NCBI GenBank assembly: GCA_045837725.1
Contig: JBEWZL010000038.1
Span: forward strand, 124,001-152,685
Reading direction: 5' to 3'
From: Vermamoeba vermiformis
Taxonomy: Eukaryota
Length of the DNA: 28,685 bases
The translations under genes and the position numbers were made by a program. Shown one piece after another: positions 11,126 to 23,249 of the stretch. Each line of letters begins with the position of its first letter. Within the stretch, counting starts at the first letter, position 1. The notes beneath the pieces were generated by a model. It searched no databases and had not been told where the DNA came from. It saw only the letters and a list, made by a program, of their open reading frames with translations.

Positions 11126-12858
11126 ATGGACAAGGTAAGGGTTTAGATCGTGATCGGCCGATTTCTGGTGTTAATTGGAATTTCATGACCGAGAAGCGGA
11201 TTAATGCTATCATCGCGAATCGTGATTAATTTTACCAGATTTTGAATAAACAATAATGACGCATCAATCGGCGACCGAAAATTATGTTGTAATTATTTTT
11301 TAAAATATCCACAAATTCTAAAAATTTGATTTGCATAGGAGTATCAAACCAAAGCTACTATACCATCGGTTTTTAAGAAAATCTTCGAATTATCGATCAC
11401 TGGTCATGTAGATCTGGCAAAAGACCAACTGATCGAAGCCCTGAAAACAGAAGAGCTTAGCGTATTCGGAGTAGTGTGGTTATTCAGATTATTCCTTATA
11501 TTGCACTATTCTATTAAAGATCTCGACCAGTGGTTCAAAATATTGAAAGAAATTAATATTGACGAGGCTAGATCGCGAGGTCCAGAAGCGGAGCTAGCGT
11601 TAAAATTGGTCGAAATGATGAATCTATGGGCTAAAGAAGATGTAGGTGGTGCCATAGCCACCTTAGACGAATTAATAGCACAGCCTGACTTCCGTGATTT
11701 GCCCTCATTTTTGTGGATCTTGACTCTAAAGCATTTATTCAAACGAGGTACGTGCGTAATTGCACTATTTACTCAATTAAATATTTTTCCGCAGCCGGCG
11801 AGAAGGATTTAACGTTAATACACGAATTAATCGAGCTGGATCCGAACAACGAATATTTTTACTTCATTAATGGCGCAGTCAACAACAGCAATAAAAATTA
11901 TGCAGCAGCATTGGAAAATTTTGAGATGGCACTGTCAATCAACCCCCTGTATATAGATGCATTGATCAGTCAAGCCAGCACACTCGTCGGATTAAACAGA
12001 CGATCAGAAGCGATGCAATGTTTAGACAAAATTGCCAAAATGGACTCGAACGATTACAGATTTTTAGTCACCAAGGCCAAGCTATTGATTAAACTACATT
12101 TGTACGAAGATATACTGCCGTTGTACGACAAGATTATCGCACTGCGACCGACCGTCATTCAATCGTACATATCAAAAGCACAAGTATTGACGAAACTAGG
12201 ACAGTTTCAAGAAGCAATGGACACGTTAAATGAGGCTCAAAAAATGACTTTGGACGAGAACAGCAAAGACAGCGAAGGATTGTTATTGTTTCAAGCGAAT
12301 TTGGCGTTCAGAATGGAATTTTTCGAAGACTCGTTGCTGTATTACGACAAAGTATTAGAAATCAATCCGAAGCATTACAACGCACTGATATTGAAAGGCA
12401 CAGTATTTGAATATTTAGAGGACTACATTCAAGCGATAGAATGTTACGACAAGGCAATAGAACTCGACGACAAGAACACGCAGGGACTAGTATCAAAAGG
12501 CAATGCACTTCTACACATGAAAGAGCCCGACAAAGCCATAGCGCTGTTCGACAAGGCCCTGGCAATGGATCCAAAGTGTCAAGAGGCACTGGTCAGCAAA
12601 GGAGCGTATTTTTACGAAGAAAAACACAACCCGAGAATTGCACTGGAATTTCTGAATGAAGCAATCGAGTTGGATCCGCTCGATAATATTCCGCTGATCA
12701 CCAAGGCACACATTTACTTCGATATGGGCATGTTCGATCAGTCCATTGAATGTTATGACAAATCACTGCAGAACGATCAAACTGATTACGAAGTGTTGCA
12801 TAATAGACATTTGGCACGGTGGACGGTAATGTCGGGCGAAGATAAAGAATTTCAATAA
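11126..12858 (+). CDS. Tetratricopeptide-repeat protein
   Basis: 9-nt first coding exon (ATG GAC AAG|GT), intron 11135-11338, and a second intron ~11748-11793. Many TPRs follow (AIECYDKAIELD, AIALFDKALAMDP). Confidence 0.9.
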
Positions 12859-12894
12859 TAAAACAAACAATTCAAAATGAGATCTTGTTTCGGT

Positions 12895-15226
12895 TTAACA
12901 ACAATCGTGTGGTCCTTGAGGATGTTCCACGCAAGTACCATTGCCGTCATATTGTTCGTGTCCTGCAACCCATACTGAAGCAACTTTGGCGCCTTTGAAA
13001 GATTCCGGATTCACTTTGGGATCCGCGGACATTTCCAAAATAGTAAAGTCTGCTGCCCATCCCGGTTGAATCTTGCCAATGAATTTTTCTTCGTCTGCAC
13101 CCAGCGCATAAGCAGCGCCCGATCCGTAACAATATAGTGCTTGCTCTAACGATAAACACTCCGATTCACGCCACTTGGTCTTGCCATCGGGTTTGTATCT
13201 AAAAATAGCTGCGTGAATACCGGCCATCGGATCCGCATCTTCAATTGGAGCATCAGAGCCTAAGAAAGTGTTAGATTGTTATTTATGTTGACTGGTGCCT
13301 ACCTCCAGCAGCTACGAGTCCTCGTTCCATGATGGTCTTCCACGAGTAACAATACGGCAGCAGTTCAGGTACCACTCGCTTTTCAACCCACGCACTGTCT
13401 GTGGTGACGAATTGAGGTCTGAGACAGATAAGTAATCGTGCTTAGTATTCTGCAGACAATAAGAACGTACTGAATGTTGGCGATGACACCCATCTTCTGC
13501 ATTTTTTGCAACAAATCTTCGCCAAGTATTTGGCAGTGCGTCAAAATAGCCCTGTCTTTGGTCACAATGCCTGCTTTTTCGAAGCCTTCAAGTACAGCCT
13601 ATTGTGACTTAGTCTCATTTTATCGAATTTGTACGGTCTTACTTCAGCAGCTAAGTCGCCAATAGCATGAACTTCGAGTTGATATCCGCGCTCGTGCCCG
13701 TCTTTGATCATTTCGTGCAATCTTTCACGGGGATACAAAAGTATACCGCGGTTCTCGGATCCCAAATATGGATATCTCATCGCTGATTAGAGGAATTAAT
13801 AAAGCGATGTTAATAATCTAATTATAATTACCAGCAGTTTCTGAGCCTAAAGCACCGTCGGACAATATTTTGACTCGTTTACAATGCAGCAAATGTCCGT
13901 ACGTGGTTCCAGGTTTGGGCGTGGTGTCGTGCGTTAATTCGTGGTGGTAAACAGTCAGATAAGTGCGGATCTTCATCTTTTTCTCGTCGTAGAGTTCCTT
14001 GTAAACTACCACACGTCAGCTTTATTATATTGATGTACGATTGAAGTTGAATGATCCTTACCATCCCAGGCCCACTCGTCGTTCGTGTGCACGCAAGTGA
14101 TGCCGTGCTTCAAGCAGTACTCGAGACCCGTGGCACAGTATGATTTCTTCAGCTCTTTGCTCGGAATAATTTTGTTTCGTGCCTGTCAGCGTTAGTTTAT
14201 GTATCAACATCAACAAAACGAGTTCACGTACAATATCAACGGCGTTCTCGCGCAATATTCCCGTTGGATTGCCGTGCTCATCGCGATCGATGGCACCGCC
14301 GTCAGGATTGGGCGTGTCTTTGGTGAATGCCAGCAGTTCGAGGGCTTTGGAATTCACCTACAGTTCATTGTTAGCATCTGCGCAGACTTTTGCAAGTAAA
14401 ACATATCGCTACTCACCACAGCGATATGTCCGCACGTTCGGTAGATCAACACGGGTCTGTCTTTAGTCAGCGCATCCAAGTCGTGTCTGTTCGGGTACCG
14501 CACTTGATCGAACTTCTCGTGGTCCCATCCAAATCCAAACAACCAATCAGTATCGCTCAGCGGTGTGGTCTATTAATTATTGTCAATTTGCTGTTTTACC
14601 GCTCGGTGTTACGTACGGGAGTTTTCAAGTACTGCTCGAGCTTGTTTTGAAAATCTTTGATAGACTGCGTGCCTTTCAAATTGAGACTGCAATCAAGTTA
14701 CTTTATGCACATTATTGAGTATGCCAGCTCAGGTACCTTAGAATCATGCGACCCAAGTTCATGACGTGGATGTGGGCATCGTGAAATCCCTACAAGATTG
14801 ATTGCGTCGGTAATTGCTTCGTGTAAGCAAAAGACTAATTATAATACTTACCGGAAATAAATATTTTTGTTTCAAGTCGCGTGTTTGACCGCCGAAATTA
14901 GCTCGAACTTTTTCAAATTCACTCTGCGGGCCCAAAGATTCGATTTTGCCTGTCTTCGCGTTCACAATAATCCATGACGCATATTCATCATTTGAAGTTG
15001 TGAAAATATGGCCGTTATGCAGCAGAACACGATCTGACACGGAGAAAATTAATAATTAAATTAATAAAATTAGAAAAGCAATTTCCTTTGCGTCAATGCA
15101 TTAAATAGAGCATATCGGGCAATGAAAAGGATCTTGTGATGTTCAGGAAAATTTTGGGAGTTACGAAAAATTGAAACACCCGTTTTAATTCTTGAAGCAC
15201 GACAACTTACCCTCACTAACACTCAT
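12895..15226 (-). CDS. YtcJ-like metal-dependent amidohydrolase (Amidohydro_3), multi-exon
   Basis: First exon ATGAGTGTTAGTGAGG (15226-15211) splices to [12 protein letters not shown]. Motifs: [80 protein letters not shown]. Confidence 0.92.
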
Positions 15227-15380
15227 TAAGCTTGATTTGTACTATTGTAGAATAACCTGCCTTGGATGAAATTTAAGGCTTGTGTTTTTAATTAGATTTC
15301 GTTCAGTGAAATAGAACAAAATGGTCACACGATGGACAAGCAATTAGTAGCATTATTTACGAGACAAGCAAAGCAAACAG

Positions 15381-17581
15381 ATGGACAAACTACCACCTCT
15401 CGTCAAGGCAATGCTGCGGCCGGAATTTTACCCACATCCAGTCACAGCGCCAATCAAACTGATACAGACGCACATCTCATACGTGTTTCTGACTGGCAAT
15501 GATGCTTATAAAATTAAGAAACACAGGAATTTTGGCTTTTTGGATTTCTCTACGCTTGAGAAGCGCGAATTTTACTGCAAGGAGGAAGTCCGATTGAATG
15601 CTCGAGCTGCACCTGCCTATTACGTTGGGGTGCGTGACGCAGCAAATAATCGATTGCATTTTTTTCACATAATATAAAATAATGACTTTCTGACCTGCTT
15701 TAGGTCCTCTCGATCGCGAAAGATCCCACCGATCACTTTCATTTTGCAAACAAAGATGCTAATGAGGAAGTAAGAAGCATTATCATGTAATTTCACGATT
15801 AACTAATATTTTAGATCGTGGAATATTGCGTACATATGAAACAGTTCCCTTCTGGCCAACTTTTCAGTGAACGACTAAAAAATGGCCAGCTGTATCTCAG
15901 TAAGCGCAAGTCCCAATTCATATTCGTACTAATTTCATTAGGTCACATGGCTGCTCTAGGCCGAAAAGTAGCTCAATTTCACGCTCGATGCACAACGAAC
16001 GAAAAGGTACGAAATTTCTTTTCTGATCTTGCAACAACTGACTCCACTCATTAGATTCTTTCATTTGGCACTGTACCCATTGTGCGACGGTCCTATGACG
16101 AGAACTATACCCAAACCGAGAAATACATTGTACCAGGCATTCAGGTAACTCAGGGTAATTCATTCCTTACTCAAAGGCTTGACCGCCAAATTTACAGACA
16201 CGAAAACAACTCGATGAGACTAAGAAGTACACCGATAATTACTTTGCCACGAAGCAGCATTTATTTCAACAGCGAATTGACAAACGAATGGCAAGTATTG
16301 CCAATTCTTCTCATCGTTACTAACTCTTGTACTCCAGATCAAAGAATGTCACGGTGACCTTCATCTCCGCAACATTACACTCGATGGCGACAACATTGTA
16401 TTGTTTGACTGCATCGAGTTCAGCGAAGAAGTGAGTACTGCGTATTAGTTTAGTTGATTAACCTTCACGTGTTAGTTCCGGTTCATCGACACCATGTACG
16501 ACATCGGCTTTGTTATTGTCGGATTGGAGTCCAAGGGCAGAATTGACATGTCAAACGAGTTCTTGAACGAGTACTTGGAGCGAACAGGCGATTGGGATGG
16601 TGTAGAGGTATTACGTGCTGATGGAGTAATGCAGTGTTAACATGTTTTATAGATTCTCAGGATATATTTAACACGCCAAGCGTATGTCAAGGCTAAAGTC
16701 AAGTCATTTACCTACGACGATGACAATGTCGAGGAAGACGTCAAAGCCGAGGTAAATAATCGCGTCATTTTATTACGACTGATTCTGACCTTGAGCAGTT
16801 CATTGGAGACGCCAAGATCTATTACACATTGGCATGGAAGTACACTCAAGTGGCGCCTGGAAGAGTTTTTATGATGTGCGGATTAAGTGGTTCTGGAAAG
16901 AGTTTTCTGTCCAAAAAATTGGTGAGTTAACGCACGTTCTTTTACCGCGTTGTCTAATCGCGATCAGTGCGTGAAATACAACGCTATCCATGTTCGTTCG
17001 GACGCAGTTCGCAAGCACATGTGTCACGTGCCTCTCGATAATCATGATGACCGAGAGATCTACACGAGCGAAGTGTCACAAATGACGTACGAGTATTTGC
17101 GAGACATTGGGTGCAAACTGGTGCCTGAAGGTTGGACTGTAGTGCTCGACGCCACGTACGCTAAGAAATCATATCGTGATGACGTCATCAAGAAGTGTCG
17201 AGGTACGTGTGTGAACAGTTTCCTGTGTGTTCTCGTTAGCTAACACTGCAACTGCAGAAAACAACATTGACGTGAAGATAATGTTCTGCACGGCACCGGT
17301 CGAGTAAGTGCATTGCTAGTACCCAATCGGTCACGAAGAAACTAATTATTCGCAGGGAACTTCGTCGGCGTGTTCGAGTTCGCACAGGAGACATTACCGA
17401 CGCTACGGAGAATGTGCTGGAAATGCAGCTAAAAACTGTACGTATATAAGTTATGAGTTAGTCCTTTGCCTAACACCTGGTCCAGTTCGAGCCTCCCAGC
17501 AAAGAGGAAGAATCGGTGACCATTACCATCGATACCACTAACGATGTCGATGCGCAGCTGAGTCAAGTTCGTGAATCATGA
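15381..17581 (+). CDS. Bifunctional aminoglycoside-phosphotransferase-like kinase / AAA_33 P-loop kinase (COG2187+COG0645, Rv2004c-like), 14 exons
   Basis: Spliced: LIQTHISYVFLTG..AYKIKK..NFGFLDFSTLEKR, ECHGDLHLRNI, FDCIEF, Walker A GLSGSGKS, RSDAVRK, VVLDATY, RTGDITDAT; TGA at 17579-17581. Confidence 0.93.
16291..16337 (+). other. GC-AG intron
   Basis: ATG|GCAAGT...CTAAC...CTCCAG|ATC is the only splice that keeps the frame into IKECHGDLH; the nearby GT at 16295 would frameshift. Confidence 0.85.
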
Positions 17582-17624
17582 GGTACAATTTAGCAATAAA
17601 AAAGGTTTGACGCAATAATTATTT

Positions 17625-19254
17625 TTATACCTTTGATATTAAATTACAGTTCGATTCACTTTTTACAGCTTTAGCCAGTCGTTTTGAATTGGCTTCAATG
17701 TGTTCATAAACAGCCTTATTAAACTCGTATTCACATTCGATATGGACCATGTGTCCTGAGCCATCAAACGAGATAAACTGCGCATTTTTCATGACTTGTT
17801 TCAACGCGTGAGTGTTCTCGCATCTAACCATTACATCTCCCGTAGCAGCGATCAACAGCGTGGGAATGTGGTCGCCGATGAACTCGAGATTTGAGTTCGT
17901 GACGTAGTGGCCCATAATCGCACCAATTTGTTTCGCGGCACCTGCCAGACTCATGTCTGGTTCTGAGCGGCGGATTTCAACCCACTCCTGTTGATTAACG
18001 TTAGTGTCTGCGTGCAACAAGTATAAGCATAAGCTACATACCTCTTTCAAAAAGTCAAATACAGTGGGAACTTTTTGCGTATTTTTGCCACTCTCTTTGC
18101 CATCAGTCTTCTCCATGTGTTCAATTTCTTGATTTTTCACGATGCTGCCCCACTCTTTGAAGTTCATGCCGTATTTGCGCCGCAACTCGCTCAGGTACTG
18201 TGGCAGCGGAGTTTTCAAGAATTTGTGCGAATATAATACCGGCAGAATTGCTTCGGCTTCTTGTTCGACAGTGCGTGCAAATATTCGCAATGTTAATAGC
18301 CGCCAAATCGTCGATACCTTAACGCACCCATTAGCATCGATTAGGGAGTTACTTTTATTTCGTTGTTACCTGTGGTACGGAGTAAAATCCACCGGCGTGT
18401 GTGACGGCAAGAGTAAGACTGAGCGCTCTGTTTTCAGTGCTGGAAGGCTGAGGCTTGCTAGGTGTGCTGGTTTCATTCGGATTGACGCTGACAGTGGTCG
18501 GTTGCACGTCTTTTTTGGGCTTCTTTTTGTGCTGCAGCAATAACGAGGCGAGTTCTTGCGCGATCATACCGCCCATTGCTGCAATGTTTTTTGCATTAGA
18601 CGTGATAAACTTGACGGCTGTATTAAATTGCAATAGCTTTTGATGCGCTTAAGACTTACAAAGACCGACAATATGGAACTGTGTCCAATGTAACGCTTTG
18701 TCAACTAATTCTAGCGCATCCAATGCCATTCGTTTCACGCTGTAGTTTACCATATTAATGAATCTGTTCAACGAATACGTAAATAAATATAACGCTCAAC
18801 GTACCTCCAAGCTGATCCTGGATTCGAACTGCGACCTGAGTCGACAATCATAATTTAGCCCAAATTTCACATTAATTTTACAATGCTCTATAAATATACT
18901 TGCGGATTATTGTGGAATTACGTGTATACTTATAGAGCTTAATTTTAGTGGTGGTAAAAAAATAGTTACCGTTGCCGCGATTGTCAAATACGCAGATCTG
19001 ATATCTCCTCTTATGTTTAAAAAATTCTATTTGCCTTCTCCATGTTTTGTATGACGTGACAAAACCTAATTCGAATTCAGCAATTGAATACAAATTCAGA
19101 AGATAATTCTAGAACAAGATGGGACTCGCGATCTACGCTATTCGTAATCAGAGCTCTTTTGCTTACCAGTAATGAACAATACTTTCTCTGGACCCTCTCC
19201 GTGTAGTTCATAATAAATGTCTACCTTTCCATCATCGACTTTGACTGTGGGCAT
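17625..19254 (-). CDS. Alpha/beta-hydrolase fold protein, multi-exon
   Basis: DIYYELHGEGPEKVLFITG; ICVFDNRGNGRS; nucleophile elbow HIVGL|SMGG split by an intron; TGDVMV; GSGHMVHIE. Confidence 0.9.
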
Positions 19255-19415
19255 TCTTGCGATGTTTTGTCCGAATAATTGCCGTGTGGATCTCAAACAA
19301 TTTTGTTTATTGTACATTAAAAGATGGCGTTTTCTTTCGTCGTACATCACAGATGATGATTATTACGGCATGCGTTCTGTTCGCAACAGGCTCAATCAGC
19401 GGATTGGGCATCGAG

Positions 19416-19984
19416 TTACAATTTGAGAGCTTCCTTGACCTCATCTAAGTCTTCCTTGTATTTGAATTCAGGCAATACTTTTGCGCTATAATTCTCTCGA
19501 TCAGTGCACTTGGGGTGCAACAGGATAGCAGTTTGATTGCGAGCAGTGCCGTATCTTTGCACGCGTACTAATTCGACAACTTGGTCCTATGAATGTAATA
19601 TTTGTTATTATATATATGAGTAATTCACTCGCTAAGAAGATCTTCTGGAGCAATGGAAATTGCAAATCCAAATTGACACGAGCACGGTTTTATCGACGGT
19701 GAAAAAGCTAAATTAATATCGAATAAATTATCACGTAGGCTTAATGATTTAAGAATTATTGAATTATCAAATGCGTAAAGAAAAATATTTAAAAAAATTC
19801 CTTATTACCGTTGTGAAGGAGTAACCAGACTGAATAGCTGCTTTAATAATTCTAACACGGTCTTGATCTCTGTGTTGCTTGTCTAATTGTTCTTTCATAT
19901 CTTCCAGCTCTTTTTGGGTGATTTGAGACTTGATCCGGATTTGTTAGTCCAACTCAATCACCGGGAGTAAAAATTACATACCAT
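19416..19984 (-). CDS. Small DUF4476-like protein (~97 aa), missed by the ORF track
   Basis: ATG|GTATGT, then exons SQITQKELEDMKEQLDKQHRDQDRVRIIKAAIQSGYSFTT and DQVVELVRVQRYGTARNQTAILLHPKCTDRENYSAKVLPEFKYKEDLDEVKEALKL*. The FT..Q..L / P...D.EN / F..D pattern resembles DUF4476. Confidence 0.72.
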
Positions 19985-20088
19985 TGCTATTTTATTAAGT
20001 GCTTCTCACGTATAGTACGTGTTACTTCAGTGCGGCAGGTAAAAATTAATGACCAAGCAGAAACGTTCATTTCACTACGTCTAGCACA

Positions 20089-21792
20089 ATGAAGAAGACA
20101 TCCTTTGTGCGAAAGACAACCAAACCGACCACTACGGGGTTGTCACAGCACCCGAAGGGTACGAAGTTGTCTGTTGTAAATGGTCAATTGATTGTATCGA
20201 CGGGTTTGCCCGATCTCGATGGTAAGCTATTTAAAAATTAATTAAATATATTATCAGTAGTAATAAATGAATATTAACGTGCCTACGATGTTTGGGCTCA
20301 TTTGAATTTTTGCGAAATAAATTAGAATATTTTTCGGTGGATCGAAGTCTTTCTCGCACTTTATTCTCATGAAGCGCTAACATTTAGCATTAAAGAGATA
20401 TACGGCGGAGGAATTCCCGTGGGCACATTATTTCTAATCGAAGAAGACATTTATAGCGAGTACGCAACAACGTTGATGAAATATTTCCTCGCTGAAGGAG
20501 TGGCTTGCGGTCATCGTAAGTTGCCAGCAATTAATTGAATGTGCCATATTAATCTCGTGCAGATATTGCCTTGGCATCGGCAGATGAATCACCTGAAGAT
20601 GTCATCATAGTCGCTACCCTACATTTCGTCGTTGCCTCCTCAGGCTCCAAAATCGAGTGAAGGCACCGAAAATACCACGCAAAGCCAGCCAGCGCCAAGT
20701 ACTGATTTGGAAGATATTGAACAGACCGGTCAAGTACGTTCTAATATGATCTTTATCGTGTAAACTAACGATGGTGCAGTCCGACAAAGTTCGAATTGCT
20801 TGGCAGTATCAAAAGTATTTCAAAGACGAGCAGTCGCAGTTGATGAAGGCAGCGGGAGGAATAAATAAGAGCAAGTTGTGGAGTCATTCATTTGATTTGA
20901 GTCGAACAATGCGCGATTCAGATCTCGAAAAAGTTACGACGTACCCTATCGATATGCGAACCGCTGCCTCGAAATCAAACAACAACAAAACTAAATTGAA
21001 CGAAACTGCTTCGAAATGTCAAGAACTGTATATGGAATTGAATAGAATTGTCAACAAATTTAACACGTAAGTCCTGCGATATCTGCAGTAGCATTATATC
21101 TAATGCTAATGTAATGTCCGTGCAGCGAACAACAGAATGCCACTGAGCCAAATGTCCTTCGCATTGGCATTCAATCTTTCGCTTCCAACAACTGGGGACT
21201 CACTAACGGCGAGGGAGTAAGTTAATGCCAGCTCAGATGAGTATTAATCATGCCACACAGGACAAATCCATTATTATGTTCTTGCACGCCCTCAAAGGTC
21301 TCATTCGACAGACGAATGGCATTTGTGTCATGACCGTGCCCACACACTTTTACTCGAGTTCTTTCGGCACGAAAATTGAGCACATCTTTGATAACGTTGT
21401 CTTCTTTGAGCCCTTCACAGGTACATTTATAATAGCTTATTGTTACTCTTGTCACTAACCTGCGAGTAGATTCAAGCAAGGAGGTTGGTGACGCTTTCAA
21501 AGACTTCTCAGGCTTGTTCTATTTGAAGAAAACGCCTTCACGCGTCAATTCCCTCATTTGCTCGTTGCCAGATCAACTCGCTTACACATTCAAATTGAAG
21601 CGTAAGAAGTTGTACATTGAGCGCATCCACTTGCCGCCAGAAATTTCGCGCACTGCTAACAAAGTTGGGGAAGATAATGAAAAGAAGACCCATGGTCATA
21701 GTCACGGGCACAGTCACGGAAAGTCAGCCGGTGAAATGATGTGTCAGCCTGGGGTCCTTCAAAGGCGAACCCGCTTGATTTTTAAACTGTAA
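20089..21792 (+). CDS. ELP4: Elongator complex protein 4, with two single-base frame disruptions as sequenced
   Basis: [92 protein letters not shown]. Confidence 0.92.
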
Positions 21793-21908
21793 AAAAAAAC
21801 CGATGTAAAAATTGCACTGTTGTCCCTTTCGTGGTAGTTATATTTTTTTATTCTAACGAACACTACAATCACGTCTTACTGATGTAGGGTGAGCCAAACA
21901 TCGTCCAG

Positions 21909-23145
21909 ATGCAGGATCTAACGGACTTTTTGGATGGTATGCAGCTAAACCGAGATGCATGCAATCAAATACCTGCCCAAATTAAGTCATTATATTCTCA
22001 ACAATCAACGGTGCAACTTACGGCTCTGGAAGGCCTCATAAATTTTGTCAACGGATCAACGAAGGTAAATCATCAATTGAAAATCGCTAATAATTCTTCC
22101 CCGTTTACATATGACTTCTGTATCTATTACGGGCATAAATAATGATAATTAAATATTTTTTGAATAGAACAAAGTGCATTTGCAAAATTCAGACTGCTTA
22201 ACTGCGCTGCTGGACCTTCTCCAAGCCTCGTTCTACCAAACTACGGACCCTAACAAGATAGTGGTGCTTGCACAGTGCTGTGGCTTAATTACGCTACTCC
22301 TCGACAGCAACAACCTGCCCGCGCAAATTGACGTTTTGTTGGGCGAGTTATCATCGCTGTTCAAGAACTGCAACGATGCTCAGGTGTTATACAACGTGTG
22401 TGGTTCGCTGTGTCTAATAGCTGAGGGAGGATTTCGTTGGGCGAGTGCCGTAATCAGCTCTGGAGTTGTACCTAGACTGGCGGAACTTCTGCGGTACGTT
22501 GTCTACCAATTTCTTTATACCATTCTAATTGATACCCCAAGTTCTAACAGCACACCACATCAAATTCTTTCATTGAAGACAATTAGCTCGCTAGTACGCG
22601 TGGATGTAACTCAGGTTCAACAAGTAGTAGACACGGAGCTATTGTTAGACTCATTGGCAATTACATTGTCTTCGCCGTGTCACTCAAAAGACGGCATTGA
22701 CATGGTGAAGATGACGTGTCAAGTTCTGACTGCATTGACACTCGGACGACGTCAATACATTGCAGCACTTCTGCAGCGAAGCATTTACGCCAGGATTCTC
22801 GAACTTTGCACCTATCCAGAGGTATTTAGCGATGCATTAACTGTGCTCGTCAATTGTGCCAAGTGCGCCGGCTTCGAAGAGGCGAACATGATGGTCATGC
22901 AAGGAGTTATAGTGCTGCTCTTCGTTCTCATCACGAAGATTTCGCAATATCACGAAGAGGTCTTGAAGATTGTGACGATATTGGACTCGTTGTTGCAGAC
23001 AATGGATGGTGGTTCGAATACAAATCAATTGGCTGCCTACATCACCAACGGTGGAGGTAAACAAGTGTTGCAAGCACTACTGAATAGCGACAATCAATTA
23101 GTTTATGAAGTATTGGACACAATGATAGCCCGCTATTTCCCGTGA
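21909..23145 (+). CDS. Armadillo/HEAT-repeat protein (divergent importin-alpha-like, no obvious IBB domain)
   Basis: Introns 22065-22167 and 22494-22541. AVISSGVVPRLAELL resembles an importin-alpha ARM repeat, and the protein is Leu-rich and helical throughout. Start codon uncertain. Confidence 0.65.
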
Positions 23146-23249
23146 GGAGCTTGTGGGTGCCGGCATTATTTTTGACACTTGCACAAGTAGAAAACAATTG
23201 CTTTCTCGTTTTCTAGAAACAACCTACGGACTTTTCAAAGCTATTGGCG

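Noticed and set aside
15031-15040. Apparent GTG start for the amidohydrolase
   Set aside because: The GTG lies inside the 3' splice site; a spliced ATG exon at 15226-15211 is in frame.
20601-20612. Programmed ribosomal frameshift or RNA editing in ELP4
   Set aside because: No slippery or shifty-stop motif in frame, I saw no such breaks in the other genes, and a second indel nearby points to consensus error.
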